In this document: positions 53,066 to 63,359 of the stretch, one piece after another
How the letters are laid out: each line of letters opens with the position of its first letter
Position numbering within the stretch: position 1 is the first letter of the stretch
Assembly: GCA_963695855.1 (NCBI GenBank)
Contig: CAVOHZ010000010.1
Location: 1,568,001 to 1,632,000, forward strand
Origin: an uncultured Nitrososphaerales archaeon
GTDB taxonomy: Archaea > Thermoproteota > Nitrososphaeria > Nitrososphaerales > Nitrososphaeraceae
Length of the DNA stretch: 64,000 bases
Direction of reading: 5' to 3'
Notes under the pieces: model-generated
What the model was told of the DNA's origin: nothing
The model's database searches: none
The model's input: the letters and a program-made list of their open reading frames with translations, nothing else
Position numbers and translations under genes: made by a program

Positions 53066-54976
53066 TTATGATGTTAAAATTTTTTTTATTTTATATTTTA
53101 TCAGATCATTAATCTTTTTACCATCTACTTTCCCACGAAGAATATTCATACTTTTTCCCATCAAAGTACTTATTGAATCCATTTCTTTTTCTTGAATAAT
53201 GTAAAGGTTTTCTTCTATTATTTTATCTAAAATCTTATCAAGTTCTTTATCACTTATTGATTTTATTCCAAGTAGATCTATTGCCGATTGAACAGTAGAT
53301 GTTTCTTTTTTCATTAGTTTTTCAAAAATCAGAAAGACTGATTCTTTTGCGATTTTATTTGAATCTAGTTTCTTAAAGATATTTGTAATAATATGTTTTG
53401 TTAATACAGATGAATCAAATCCTTGTCTTTCTAAATTAATTACGTCTTCTGTAAGTTTTGAAGCTATAAAAGAAGGAGAAATTTGTGTTGATGATGATAT
53501 TTCCTCGAAAACCTCGAAATAATTTGAGTCAAAAATCTTTTCGCTTAATATTTCGTTCATTTGATATTTTTTACTTAATTGCTTTATTATTTCGTTCCAT
53601 GATTTGGGAACTTTCTCAATAAGAGAACCCAAAACCTCGTTGGTTATAGTGTATACGGGCATATCTGTCTCCGGATACATTCTAGCTGATCCAGGTTTTG
53701 GTCTACTATAGATAGTTTTTCCATCTATAGATGCAGATCTGGTCTCTGAGGGAACCCCAAATTTTACAATATCAAGTCTCTTGCATATTGCATCAATAGC
53801 AATAGACATCTTCTCTTTAGGTCCTCCAATTATTATGAAACCGTCTTTTTCGTCAATAATTTCTAATTTTTCTTTTATTTTTTTAACTTCTTGTTCTGTA
53901 ATTCCATAACTTGGCAACTCATCCGAGTGAAATATACCACTAAAACCATAAAAGCGTACCAATTCTCCCAACTCTTTTCCTATTCGTACATCAGGATATG
54001 GTTCAAAACCAAAAAAACCTTTAAAACTTTTGACTCTAATTGCATTAATACTGTTATTCTTATCCCTTAATAGCTTCTTGATCGTTTTTGACTCTGAATC
54101 TTTCAGAATATTGCTTATTTCAAGAATTTTATCTCCTGTTAATGACTCTTCAATTTTTCTTACTTTTTTTAATTTTTCTGCTATTAACATTAAACCGTGT
54201 TGTCGAATTGACTCATACTCTATCACTTTGATCAGTTGGTCTAATCTTTGTACTCCTTTTACTTCAACTATCCCATTCCCATTGTTAATAGATATATTAA
54301 CATCTTGTCTAATACTTCCTATACCTCTTGCCACTCTTTTACTTGCACGTAATAACCTTCCCAAAGTAAGTGCGATCTTCATTATTTCAGATGGTTTTCC
54401 AGTAACTGGCTCTAATGCAATTTCTACCAATGGGATTCCAAGTCTATCTAATCCAAATTCTTTAATGTTTCCATCATCAGATAACAATTTTCCAGAATCT
54501 TCTTCTAGACAAATCGTTTGCACTCCTATCTTTTTATCATCAACCTGTAAGTACCCTCCATATGAAATTAACATTGTTCGTTGAAATCCGCTTGTATTAG
54601 AACCATCTATAACTATTTTTCGCATTACATTGATTTCATCCACTATTTTAGAATACAATGCTAAAGAAATAATTAATGCAGTTTCTAAAGCATCTTTATT
54701 TAATTCATGTGGCGGTTCTTCATCAGCTTCAACTAGACAAGTAGATCCGAAAGAAGAATAATATTTGATCTTTTGCATTTTAGAGAACTCGAACATACTA
54801 GCCTGGTCATATAACCCAAGCTCACTTTGAGTAGGACGTAATTTTCTCAAGAAAGATGAATTATAATCTTGAGTTTCTGTGCAACTGCAGTTACAAAACA
54901 ATTTATTTTTTGTTAACAGTTGTTGATGAATCTCGAAACCAACTTTTACGATAATTTCTTTTGAATTTATAATCAC
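53066..54976 (-). CDS. gatE: Glu-tRNA(Gln) amidotransferase subunit E
   Basis: KVGFEIHQQL..KLFC, ADEEPP, DGSNTSGFQRT, LDRLGIPLVEI, RPKPGSARMYPETD. Confidence 0.96.
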   Translation of the reverse strand: MIINSKEIIVKVGFEIHQQLLTKNKLFCNCSCTETQDYNSSFLRKLRPTQSELGLYDQASMFEFSKMQKIKYYSSFGSTCLVEADEEPPHELNKDALETALIISLALYSKIVDEINVMRKIVIDGSNTSGFQRTMLISYGGYLQVDDKKIGVQTICLEEDSGKLLSDDGNIKEFGLDRLGIPLVEIALEPVTGKPSEIMKIALTLGRLLRASKRVARGIGSIRQDVNISINNGNGIVEVKGVQRLDQLIKVIEYESIRQHGLMLIAEKLKKVRKIEESLTGDKILEISNILKDSESKTIKKLLRDKNNSINAIRVKSFKGFFGFEPYPDVRIGKELGELVRFYGFSGIFHSDELPSYGITEQEVKKIKEKLEIIDEKDGFIIIGGPKEKMSIAIDAICKRLDIVKFGVPSETRSASIDGKTIYSRPKPGSARMYPETDMPVYTITNEVLGSLIEKVPKSWNEIIKQLSKKYQMNEILSEKIFDSNYFEVFEEISSSTQISPSFIASKLTEDVINLERQGFDSSVLTKHIITNIFKKLDSNKIAKESVFLIFEKLMKKETSTVQSAIDLLGIKSISDKELDKILDKIIEENLYIIQEKEMDSISTLMGKSMNILRGKVDGKKINDLIKYKIKKILTS

Positions 54977-55023
54977 AACGATTATGATATAAAATGTATA
55001 TTTTAATCATTGTGAGAATTATA

Positions 55024-56427
55024 TTATGGAATATGAGAAATTGGAATAATTTCATTTGATATAGTCTCCTGCATTATTTTTATAATTGAATCATAATTGC
55101 TTTCATTAGCTAAAAGCCACATTGCTTTTACTACAGCAGTCTCGGAAAGCATATTGGACAATGGAATTACTCCTATCTTGAGTAAATCTCTTCCAGTATC
55201 ATAAACATTCATGTTGGTCCTACCCCAAATACATTGTGATGCCATAAATACTAATACTCCTAAGTCAATTGCTTTCTTTAGGTAAGGAATGCAATTTTTA
55301 TTTATATGTCCTAACCCAGTTCCTTCAATAATGAGAATCTTGTTTCCTTGACTAACAACATATTCTATCGACATTGGATTAAAACCTGGATAATATTTTA
55401 ATAAAAATACTCTATTATCAAATTTAGACCTAGTAATTTGATATTTTACTTTACCTTTTTCATATTCAACAGATCTCTTTTTCAGAATAATATTTGAAAT
55501 CGCTTCATGATTTAAGTAGATTTGATCCTTGTTAATAGTAGCAACAGGCGAGACATCAATTGATTGAAATGCATCTCTTTTGCTTGTGTGATTTTTTCTT
55601 ACTCGTGTTCCAATATGACAAGCAAGAACATCATCAGACAAGCCAGAATGCATGACAATGAATACTCCGGAATAATCTAGTCTACTTGCACAGATAACAG
55701 CTCCTATTAAATTTGAAGATGCATCAGAAGAAGGTCTATCAGATGATCGTTGTGCACCTACTAGTATTACTGGAATTGGAATATTTTGTAATGCAAAACT
55801 CAATGCAGAGGCAGTATAACTCATAGTATCAGTTCCATGTGAAATAATAATCCCATGGTACATACCCAAATTTATTTTCTCTACGATCTTGTTGATAATT
55901 AAGTTCCATTCATTCGGTCCTATATTTTCACTATATTCGTTCATCAAAATTTCAGTATCGATTTTTGCATAGTCTGATATTTGGGGAACAGAACTATAAA
56001 GATCTTGGGCTGAAAGAACAGATGTGACGCCTCCAGTTCGATAATCTATTTTACTTGCAATTGTCCCTCCTGTACTTAATAACAAGATTTTAGGTTGATC
56101 CAAATCCGTTAATCTAATAGTATTAGAAAAATGGTTATTACCGTTAGCATATTTAACATTTTTATATGAAGATGTCTTGTTTTCTAAATTTGTGGATGTA
56201 ATGAAATGGATGGATTTGATCCGTTCTGTTTTTATACCAATATTATAGCCGTTATTTAGTTTTATTACAATATGATCTTTCTTACCATATTCATATCCAG
56301 GCATTAATCTTCCAGTAACTACAGTTTCATCATCAGTTAAAACAACATTAATAACTTCACCAGTTTTGGTATTTTTTAGTATGGACGCAACATTATCATT
56401 TTTTGACATAAGATAAGTCATCATCAT
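55024..56427 (-). CDS. gatD: Glu-tRNA(Gln) amidotransferase subunit D
   Basis: IKLNNGYNIG, STGGTIASKIDYRTG, HGTDT, GAQRSSDRPSSD. Confidence 0.96.
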   Translation of the reverse strand: MMMTYLMSKNDNVASILKNTKTGEVINVVLTDDETVVTGRLMPGYEYGKKDHIVIKLNNGYNIGIKTERIKSIHFITSTNLENKTSSYKNVKYANGNNHFSNTIRLTDLDQPKILLLSTGGTIASKIDYRTGGVTSVLSAQDLYSSVPQISDYAKIDTEILMNEYSENIGPNEWNLIINKIVEKINLGMYHGIIISHGTDTMSYTASALSFALQNIPIPVILVGAQRSSDRPSSDASSNLIGAVICASRLDYSGVFIVMHSGLSDDVLACHIGTRVRKNHTSKRDAFQSIDVSPVATINKDQIYLNHEAISNIILKKRSVEYEKGKVKYQITRSKFDNRVFLLKYYPGFNPMSIEYVVSQGNKILIIEGTGLGHINKNCIPYLKKAIDLGVLVFMASQCIWGRTNMNVYDTGRDLLKIGVIPLSNMLSETAVVKAMWLLANESNYDSIIKIMQETISNEIIPISHIP

Positions 56428-56468
56428 AGATAATTATAACTTAACTTAATCCCATAATAATACTAAAG

Positions 56469-57011
56469 TTAAGTGACATCAAATAATTCTTTATGTTTTT
56501 GCCAGATTTTTTTTAGTCTGTCTATCCCATTTATATCTTGAATTATTTTGGTCGTTTCTGGGTGTACTAATTGTTTCCAATCTTCATCTCTGATCATATA
56601 GTCTCTTATTAATGTTCCAGAAAACTTTTTTCTGTGATGTAGTTCTGGTTGAATTGTCTTTATTCCCCGCTCTTTATATAATACAATTGTAAACGGATCG
56701 TTAGTAAAAACTAGATCATATTTTGGGACCAATAAATCGATATTATATGTCCAAAGCGCATGCACTCTTGTATCTGATACTGGAATGATGAGTATTTTAC
56801 TAATATCAATCTCCTTAACTTTGATTAGAGTATTTCTTATCATTTGAATTCGTTCACCAGCTGTAAATGGATTTCTCAATTCATGACTGTTTTGTGCGCT
56901 TCCAACAATAATAATCAAGAAAGCAACAGTTTTTAGAACGGATTTGATAGTTTCGACATGACCATAATGTAATGGTTGAAAACGACCTATAAATAATCCT
57001 GTGAGCATCAA
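56469..57011 (-). CDS. Nicotinamide-nucleotide adenylyltransferase
   Basis: FIGRFQPLHYGH, GSAQ, NPFTAGERI, SGTLIR. Confidence 0.93.
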   Translation of the reverse strand: MMLTGLFIGRFQPLHYGHVETIKSVLKTVAFLIIIVGSAQNSHELRNPFTAGERIQMIRNTLIKVKEIDISKILIIPVSDTRVHALWTYNIDLLVPKYDLVFTNDPFTIVLYKERGIKTIQPELHHRKKFSGTLIRDYMIRDEDWKQLVHPETTKIIQDINGIDRLKKIWQKHKELFDVT

Positions 57012-57120
57012 TAGTGAAATAATGGTGAAATAAATAAATGTTAATTTAGAAAAACATTTCAGGTTAGTATAAAATAATATTTTTATTTTGATAGTTGCTT
57101 GCTGGTTTGATGTCCAGAAA

Positions 57121-57465
57121 TTAAATTTTGATATTAATCAGAGATAATCCAATAAACATCGATAGTATAATTACAGAAAATCCTCCTGCCAAAAATCCGT
57201 ACTGAGTTTTTGGTGTTGTAGCAAACCCTGATTTGTAGACTAAAAAAGCTCCACTCATTCCAACAAAAAGTATCAATGTAATAATAATTGTTTCGCTTAT
57301 AGTTTGTACTGACCTGGAAGGAATGAAAGTTATTCCTTCAGGTAAACTTGAGCCTTCAAGTATAGCATTTATTAAACCAGAAGATAATGCAAAAAATATA
57401 ATTAGATAAATTATTGATATTATAAGTATTGGTTTTGACTTAAAGTTCAACAAGAAAGCATGCAT
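57121..57465 (-). CDS. Small three-TM membrane protein
   Basis: Three hydrophobic segments, QTISE loop. Confidence 0.65.
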   Translation of the reverse strand: MHAFLLNFKSKPILIISIIYLIIFFALSSGLINAILEGSSLPEGITFIPSRSVQTISETIIITLILFVGMSGAFLVYKSGFATTPKTQYGFLAGGFSVIILSMFIGLSLINIKI

Positions 57466-57563
57466 GTATAAGTATAAATACTTTTATTAATAGATTCTTA
57501 ATTCATGACTTCTATTTGTCAAAGCTTTTAATATCAATATGTATTTAATAGAAGACAAATATA

Positions 57564-57905
57564 TTGAAATGTATTATTTGTTCGGCTGAATGTTTTAATA
57601 AAAAATATTGTTTTAATCATAATCTAGCATTAAAAAGTCTTGAAAAAGGATACATAAAATGGTACGATGCATTTTCAAGCAATATATCTTGGGATGAATA
57701 TTCATCAAGATTATTGAAAATTGAAGATAATGGAATTTGGATAATGGATATTATTAACTATGAATTAGAAAAAAATGAGGATATTACATTTCACCCATAC
57801 CACCAGGAGGCATACCACCAGGAGGCATACCACCAGAAGATTTACTTGATGCAATTACATCATCAATTCGTAGAATCATTGATGCCGCTTCTGTCGCGGA
57901 TTTAA
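57564..57905 (+). CDS. Hypothetical protein with N-terminal CxxC...C..H; 3' end overlaps the thermosome gene
   Basis: MKCIICS...YCFNH...GYIKW...WDEY...GIW. Confidence 0.5.
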   Translation: MKCIICSAECFNKKYCFNHNLALKSLEKGYIKWYDAFSSNISWDEYSSRLLKIEDNGIWIMDIINYELEKNEDITFHPYHQEAYHQEAYHQKIYLMQLHHQFVESLMPLLSRI

Positions 57906-59430
57906 TTATTTGTTCTTTTACACTTAAAGGTTCAAAGATATCCATTTTGGACATATCTGTGATTTTTGCGCTTCTTGCATCAATCCCCATCCATTTTGCT
58001 CCTTTACTTTGTTTTGCTCTTAGATCAGTTGCTGTATCGATTGGATCCATACCTGCATTTTCTGCCAATGTAAGTGGTATTACTTCCAAGGCTTCTGCAA
58101 ATTTCTCAGCTGCTAATTGTTCTCTTCCAATTAATGTACTAGTCCATTCTCTTAACTTGCTAGCAACATAAGCTTCTGGAGCTCCACCCCCTGCAACTAT
58201 CGCTGGTTTTTCTAAAACATCTTTTGTTACCATAAGTGCGTCATGAATAGAACGTTCTGCTTCATCTACTACTCTTTGAGATCCTCCCCGTATCAAGATT
58301 GTTACAGATTTTGCATGTTTACATCCTTCAACGAAAACCCATTTATCAGTCTCTACTTTTCTTTCTTCTACCAAGTCTGCACTTCCCAAGTCATTAGAAG
58401 TAAGATCATCAATATTGTTTACTACACGAGCGTTAGTAGCTCTTGCCAATTTGGTCATATCACTTTCTTTTACTCTACGAACTGTCAATATATCTGATTT
58501 TGACAAATAATGTTGGGCAATGTCGTCAATACCCTTTTGACAAATAACTACATTAGCTCCAGAAGATTTAATCTTTTCCACCATATCTTTTAGCATTCTG
58601 TTTTCTTCCTCAAGAAACATTTTCATTTGATCTGGTGAACTAATGTTTATTTTGGCATCAAATTCGGTTTTTTCTATTTCTAAAGCACAATTTAATAAGG
58701 CAATTTTAGCTTTATCTATTCTTTTTGGCATGCCACCGTGTACTACTTCTTTGTCAAGAACTATTCCTTGAATTAAAGTTGTATCTCTCAACGAGCCTCC
58801 AGCTTTCTTTTCTACTTTTACATCATCTATGTCTACTTTATTTTTAGAATCAACGCTTTCTACAACTTGTAAAATTGCATTAACTACAATATCAGCTAAC
58901 TCATGTGCTTCTTTTGATACTAACTTTGTTTGCATTGATGTTTTTGCTACTTTTCTTAAACTTTCTTTATCATTTGCATCAATTTTTTGTGCAATTTTAT
59001 TAAGAATTTCAATCGCTTTTTGAGCACTCTTTCTATATCCATCTACAATTATTGTTGGATGCACATCTTTTGTAATCAACTCCTCTGCTTTCTCAATTAA
59101 AGCGCCAGCCAAAATAACAACAGAAGTTGTACCGTCTCCAACCTCATTGTCTGTTGCCTTACTGATTTCTACCATCATTTTTGCCGCAGGATGTTGTACA
59201 TCTATTTCTTTCAGAACAGTTGCACCATCATTTGTAATTGTAACATCACCTAGAGAATCCACCAACATCTTGTCCATTCCGCGTGGACCTAGACTTGAGC
59301 GGATGATTTCAGCTATTAGCTTTGCTGCAGTAACGTTGTTCTTTTGAGCATCTCTACCTTTTGTTTGAGTAGATCCTTCCTTTAATATTAACACTGGTAC
59401 ACCACCAGCTGAACCTTGTTGAATTGACAT
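57784..59430 (-). CDS. ths: Thermosome (group II chaperonin) subunit
   Basis: SLGPRGMDKM, TNDGAT, VGDGTTS, AGGGAPE, ILRIDD, GGM tail. Confidence 0.97.
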   Translation of the reverse strand: MSIQQGSAGGVPVLILKEGSTQTKGRDAQKNNVTAAKLIAEIIRSSLGPRGMDKMLVDSLGDVTITNDGATVLKEIDVQHPAAKMMVEISKATDNEVGDGTTSVVILAGALIEKAEELITKDVHPTIIVDGYRKSAQKAIEILNKIAQKIDANDKESLRKVAKTSMQTKLVSKEAHELADIVVNAILQVVESVDSKNKVDIDDVKVEKKAGGSLRDTTLIQGIVLDKEVVHGGMPKRIDKAKIALLNCALEIEKTEFDAKINISSPDQMKMFLEEENRMLKDMVEKIKSSGANVVICQKGIDDIAQHYLSKSDILTVRRVKESDMTKLARATNARVVNNIDDLTSNDLGSADLVEERKVETDKWVFVEGCKHAKSVTILIRGGSQRVVDEAERSIHDALMVTKDVLEKPAIVAGGGAPEAYVASKLREWTSTLIGREQLAAEKFAEALEVIPLTLAENAGMDPIDTATDLRAKQSKGAKWMGIDARSAKITDMSKMDIFEPLSVKEQIIKSATEAASMILRIDDVIASSKSSGGMPPGGMPPGGMGEM

Positions 59431-59560
59431 TTATCATTTTCACCTTAAAATTAATTCTAAAGAAACTGACAGAATTTGTGATATTTTAATTTTATGCAAT
59501 ATATAACATTATACGAAATAGTTTGCAAGTTTTTTAGTATTAAAAAATGGTTAAATTTGT

Positions 59561-60043
59561 TTATTGAAATAAGGAATCGTATTTTCCAGAGTTAATGTCA
59601 GTATACAGATCTTTTGCAGGTTTATCCTCAACCTTTACTCCGCTACTAACACAAGATCCAATAATCTCTTTAGAACAATTCTTTAAATCTAAAGCATAAG
59701 ATACATCAATCTTCATTCTTGCAATTTTGACTATGCCAGACATGGATATATTTCCCACATAATCCTTTCCTGATGTTCCTGAACCCTTTGTAATTCCGGC
59801 TTCTTTTGCAATTAGAGCAGTTGTAGGAGGTATTCCTACTTCAACAGTGAATTTTTTAGTTTCAGGATCGACTTCCACCTTAACGGGAACCTTCATACCA
59901 GGGAAATCTTTGGTCTTTTCATTGATTGTGTTTACAACTTGTAATACGTTAATCCCCAAAGGCCCTAATGCAGGTCCTAAAGGAGGTCCAGCACTGGCTT
60001 CTCCCCCAGTAACTAAAGCAGATACTGATTTTTTATCGCCCAT
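59561..60043 (-). CDS. rpl11: 50S ribosomal protein L11
   Basis: GGEASAGPPLGPALGPLG, VPVKV, GIPPT. Confidence 0.96.
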   Translation of the reverse strand: MGDKKSVSALVTGGEASAGPPLGPALGPLGINVLQVVNTINEKTKDFPGMKVPVKVEVDPETKKFTVEVGIPPTTALIAKEAGITKGSGTSGKDYVGNISMSGIVKIARMKIDVSYALDLKNCSKEIIGSCVSSGVKVEDKPAKDLYTDINSGKYDSLFQ

Positions 60044-60142
60044 ATCGGAAAAAATAACAGTCCGAAATATAAATGGTCATCAAATTTTGTTAAGAGCTAT
60101 AAAAATAACATAACTGAGCAAAAATATATTAAATTATGAATA

Positions 60143-60802
60143 TCAAGTGATTATTTTCTTTAAGTAATTTGCATCAACGGTAACAGGGATTTGATATGGC
60201 GAGTCTAATAGTACAACAGTAGCTTCTTGCTTTTCATAATCGACACGTGTAATTTTTGCTTTCATGGATTTAAATGGACCTGCAACTACTTCGACAGTAT
60301 CATCAACATTCAATTCGGTAACAACTGGTTTTTTGATAAGATATTTTTCAATATCGCTAAAAGGAAGATCACCTCGTATTTGTCCTCTTACGTGCCTAAT
60401 ACCATATAGTGCTTCATACACAACATTAGAGTCGGATGCTTCAACTATCACGTAACCTTTAAAATGTTCGAGGATGAGAATCGAGCGTAAGTTGATCTTT
60501 TTAGAGTTTATCTTATTTTGTAATATATTAGCAACAATATTTTCCTGTCCTCCAGTTATTCTAATTGCAAAAAATTTTGAATCTGAATCTAGTAACTTAT
60601 TTTTAAATTGTGTTTTTTTAGATTCTTCTTGTTTGGATGTGATAGAATTTTTAGGTTCTTTTTGAATATTTTTGTCAGAAACATCTGAATTTATACTTTT
60701 TAATAAGGCGTCTTGATTAAAATTTGACTCTTTATTATTTTTATCATTATTGTCATAATCAATTATATCATCAAGGTCATCCAGATTTTTTTTATTTTTC
60801 AT
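60143..60802 (-). CDS. spt5: Transcription elongation factor Spt5 with N-terminal extension
   Basis: NGN domain FAIRITGGQE...KGYVIVEA; KOW DTVEVVAGPFK. Confidence 0.93.
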   Translation of the reverse strand: MKNKKNLDDLDDIIDYDNNDKNNKESNFNQDALLKSINSDVSDKNIQKEPKNSITSKQEESKKTQFKNKLLDSDSKFFAIRITGGQENIVANILQNKINSKKINLRSILILEHFKGYVIVEASDSNVVYEALYGIRHVRGQIRGDLPFSDIEKYLIKKPVVTELNVDDTVEVVAGPFKSMKAKITRVDYEKQEATVVLLDSPYQIPVTVDANYLKKIIT

Positions 60803-61013
60803 TAATTTTAATTCAATACTTAACGATTTGAAGTATTTTATAAATTTAATTTATGTTAAATGTTATAAAATATTAGTATAAATTTAATAATTATTTAAAA
60901 AAGAGATTAAAAATTATTTATTTGGAATTATCTCTAAATTGGGCAAAAAAAAATCCATATTTGAGGTCAAAATGGATAAGTATTTAATAGATAATAGGTC
61001 TATTCAATAAAAA

Positions 61014-62018
61014 TTGACTGAATCTATACAAGTAAACCAATTGGATTTACTCGATAGAAAAATTTTAAATGAAATTCAATGGCTTTTTCCTCTTACTGAT
61101 AAACCTTTCTTAGAGATTGCCCAGCATCATAATACTACAGAAATTGATATTATGAATAGAATTTCAGCTATGAAAGAAAATGGATTAATAAGACAGATAA
61201 ACGCAATCTTTGATACAAGAAGATTAGGTTACAAAAGTGCCCTAATAGCATTTGCAGTAAAGCCAGAGAAATTAGATTTTGTAGCAAATGAAGTTAACAA
61301 GCATCCTGGTGTAAGTCATAATTATGAAAGAAACCATGAATTCAACATGTGGTTTACTTTAGCGATACCTCCTAATTCAGAAATGAAAGCTACTTTGGAC
61401 AAAATGGCAGCTCTTGATGGGGTAATTAAATATAGATTAATGCCTACACTAAAAATGTACAAGATAGGAGTAAAGTTGGATATGATAAATGATGATTCTA
61501 TAAATCCTAAACCAACTGAAGAAATTAAGGAGTTAAATCCACAAAAAATTCACCTAACAGAACTTGATAAAGATTTTATCAGAGAATTACAAAAGGATTT
61601 GGAAATAATACCAGAACCATTTGTGAAAAGTGCTGAAAAATTATCTATTAGTACTGAAGAACTTTTTGATAAGGCAAGAGAATTTGAAAAAGATGGGATA
61701 ATGAGACGATATGCTGCTATATTACGACACAGGGATGCAGGATTTACTGCAAATGGTATGATAGTATGGAAAGTTCCTGATAATATTATTGACAAGACAG
61801 GATTCAAATTGGCTACTTTTTCCCAAGTGAGTCATTGTTATAGAAGACCAACATATCCGGATTGGGAATTTAATCTTTTTAGTATGATACATGCACGCAG
61901 TTTTGATAGTGCCGAAAAAATCGCAAAAGAAATATCTAATATAATAAGAATCTATAATTACAAGATTCTTTTTAGCTCAAGAGAGTTTAAAAAGGAAAGG
62001 GTAAAATATTTTGAATGA
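61014..62018 (+). CDS. Fused AhbA/AhbB (NirDL/GH-like) siroheme decarboxylase, Lrp/AsnC fold
   Basis: Two HTH+RAM halves; HPGVSHNYER..FNMWFT; SHCYRR...WEFNLFSMIH; EFKK. Confidence 0.88.
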   Translation: MTESIQVNQLDLLDRKILNEIQWLFPLTDKPFLEIAQHHNTTEIDIMNRISAMKENGLIRQINAIFDTRRLGYKSALIAFAVKPEKLDFVANEVNKHPGVSHNYERNHEFNMWFTLAIPPNSEMKATLDKMAALDGVIKYRLMPTLKMYKIGVKLDMINDDSINPKPTEEIKELNPQKIHLTELDKDFIRELQKDLEIIPEPFVKSAEKLSISTEELFDKAREFEKDGIMRRYAAILRHRDAGFTANGMIVWKVPDNIIDKTGFKLATFSQVSHCYRRPTYPDWEFNLFSMIHARSFDSAEKIAKEISNIIRIYNYKILFSSREFKKERVKYFE

Positions 62019-62088
62019 ACCAAAAATTTTTATTTAATTTATCAGAGAATGAATTAAAATTATATAAGATATTAGCGAGATAAGCAAT

Positions 62089-62526
62089 GTGTTGACATCT
62101 GAAATACAACCTCCAGATCCTAAATCTATTAGATCACTAGAAATATCTGATGTGGCAATTATGAATGAACTTTCGTATATCTTGAAAGAGAGAATAATAG
62201 AATCATTTAGTATCGATTCATTTACAACTTCTGATCCATTTAATCACAATAAGAATTTTCGTTATTCGACTATTGTTGATAAAGAAAATCTGAATAGGAT
62301 AATTGCTATTATGTGTATTTTCGAGGATTCAGACAAATACTCTTTGGATTGGAAGAAAATTGATATAAAACGCTTGCAAGAAATAGTAATATCTACAGAT
62401 CAAGCCAAAGAATTAAAATACGAATTAATGCCAAAAGATACTAACAATTTTTATCAATTAAGGGTAAATGGTAAAGTAATTGGATCTATCATGTTTGCTT
62501 TCCAGATATGTGGCCTACATGATTAG
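62089..62526 (+). CDS. Hypothetical protein
   Basis: 145-aa ORF ending AFQICG. Confidence 0.65.
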   Translation: MLTSEIQPPDPKSIRSLEISDVAIMNELSYILKERIIESFSIDSFTTSDPFNHNKNFRYSTIVDKENLNRIIAIMCIFEDSDKYSLDWKKIDIKRLQEIVISTDQAKELKYELMPKDTNNFYQLRVNGKVIGSIMFAFQICGLHD

Positions 62527-62564
62527 AAATATGTATGAATAAGCAAAGAATATTCTTGGTAAAA

Positions 62565-63239
62565 TCACAATATCGGTTCCCTTTGTATATGCAAGATGTT
62601 ATTTGGTAGTATTTCGATGCCCATGATATCTAAAATAGGTATAGCTCTCTCCTTTTCTCTTGCTAGAATACTTGCCGCAATTTTCAATCGATAAGAAGAA
62701 GTCCATTGTTGTCCTATTTTGTATTTTCCTCGTATTTGCATAGGAATAATTTTAATAACTGTCACCTCTTGTACAGAACGCATTTTTGAATCAAGGCTTT
62801 GATACTTTCCTTCTTTTTGATATTTCTTCATCAGAGCATTAAGAGCTAAAGCTTTTTCTTCATAATTTTCAACTATGAACGATTCTCCCTTGATTACTAT
62901 ACTAATATAAAGAGTATCTGCCTGAGACGCATCTGTGGGATGAAAGTAATATGATGGCAGGAAAGCTATATGCTGATCTACTTCAAATCCTACTTTTGAA
63001 TTCCTTTTAATATTATCTATCTTTTCTCCATAAGGATAAGAATGCATGTATATGGAATGTTGGTTTAATAAAGCAGAATGGTTTTTATGGTTATTGGTTT
63101 GGATGTAAACAAAATTCATTGGTATTATCTGTGGATAACCATTGCTATCTATCGTTGCAAGTCTACCAACTAATTGATCATTAAGGAAATTTATTATATT
63201 TTCTATAGATTGAATTTCTAGTTTTTTTATTAACTTCAA
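62565..63239 (-). CDS. Pyridoxamine 5'-phosphate oxidase-like FMN-binding protein
   Basis: VGRLATID..GYP.IIPMNF, YMHS..GEKIDNI..NSKVGFEVD, GKYKIGQ. Confidence 0.88.
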   Translation of the reverse strand: MKLIKKLEIQSIENIINFLNDQLVGRLATIDSNGYPQIIPMNFVYIQTNNHKNHSALLNQHSIYMHSYPYGEKIDNIKRNSKVGFEVDQHIAFLPSYYFHPTDASQADTLYISIVIKGESFIVENYEEKALALNALMKKYQKEGKYQSLDSKMRSVQEVTVIKIIPMQIRGKYKIGQQWTSSYRLKIAASILAREKERAIPILDIMGIEILPNNILHIQREPIL

Positions 63240-63359
63240 CAGGAATCACAATTTTATAATTATCAAATATATTATATTTAGGTATTCGATATATAGCTGA
63301 CATTTCAAAATTTTTCCTTAAATGGATACATATTATTTTAACAAATTGAATGGACATGA

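Noticed and set aside
57790-57905. HQEAYHQEAYHQ repeat at the end of ORF 57564-57905
   Set aside because: Antisense of the thermosome GGMPP tail; likely stop-codon read-through, not a His motif
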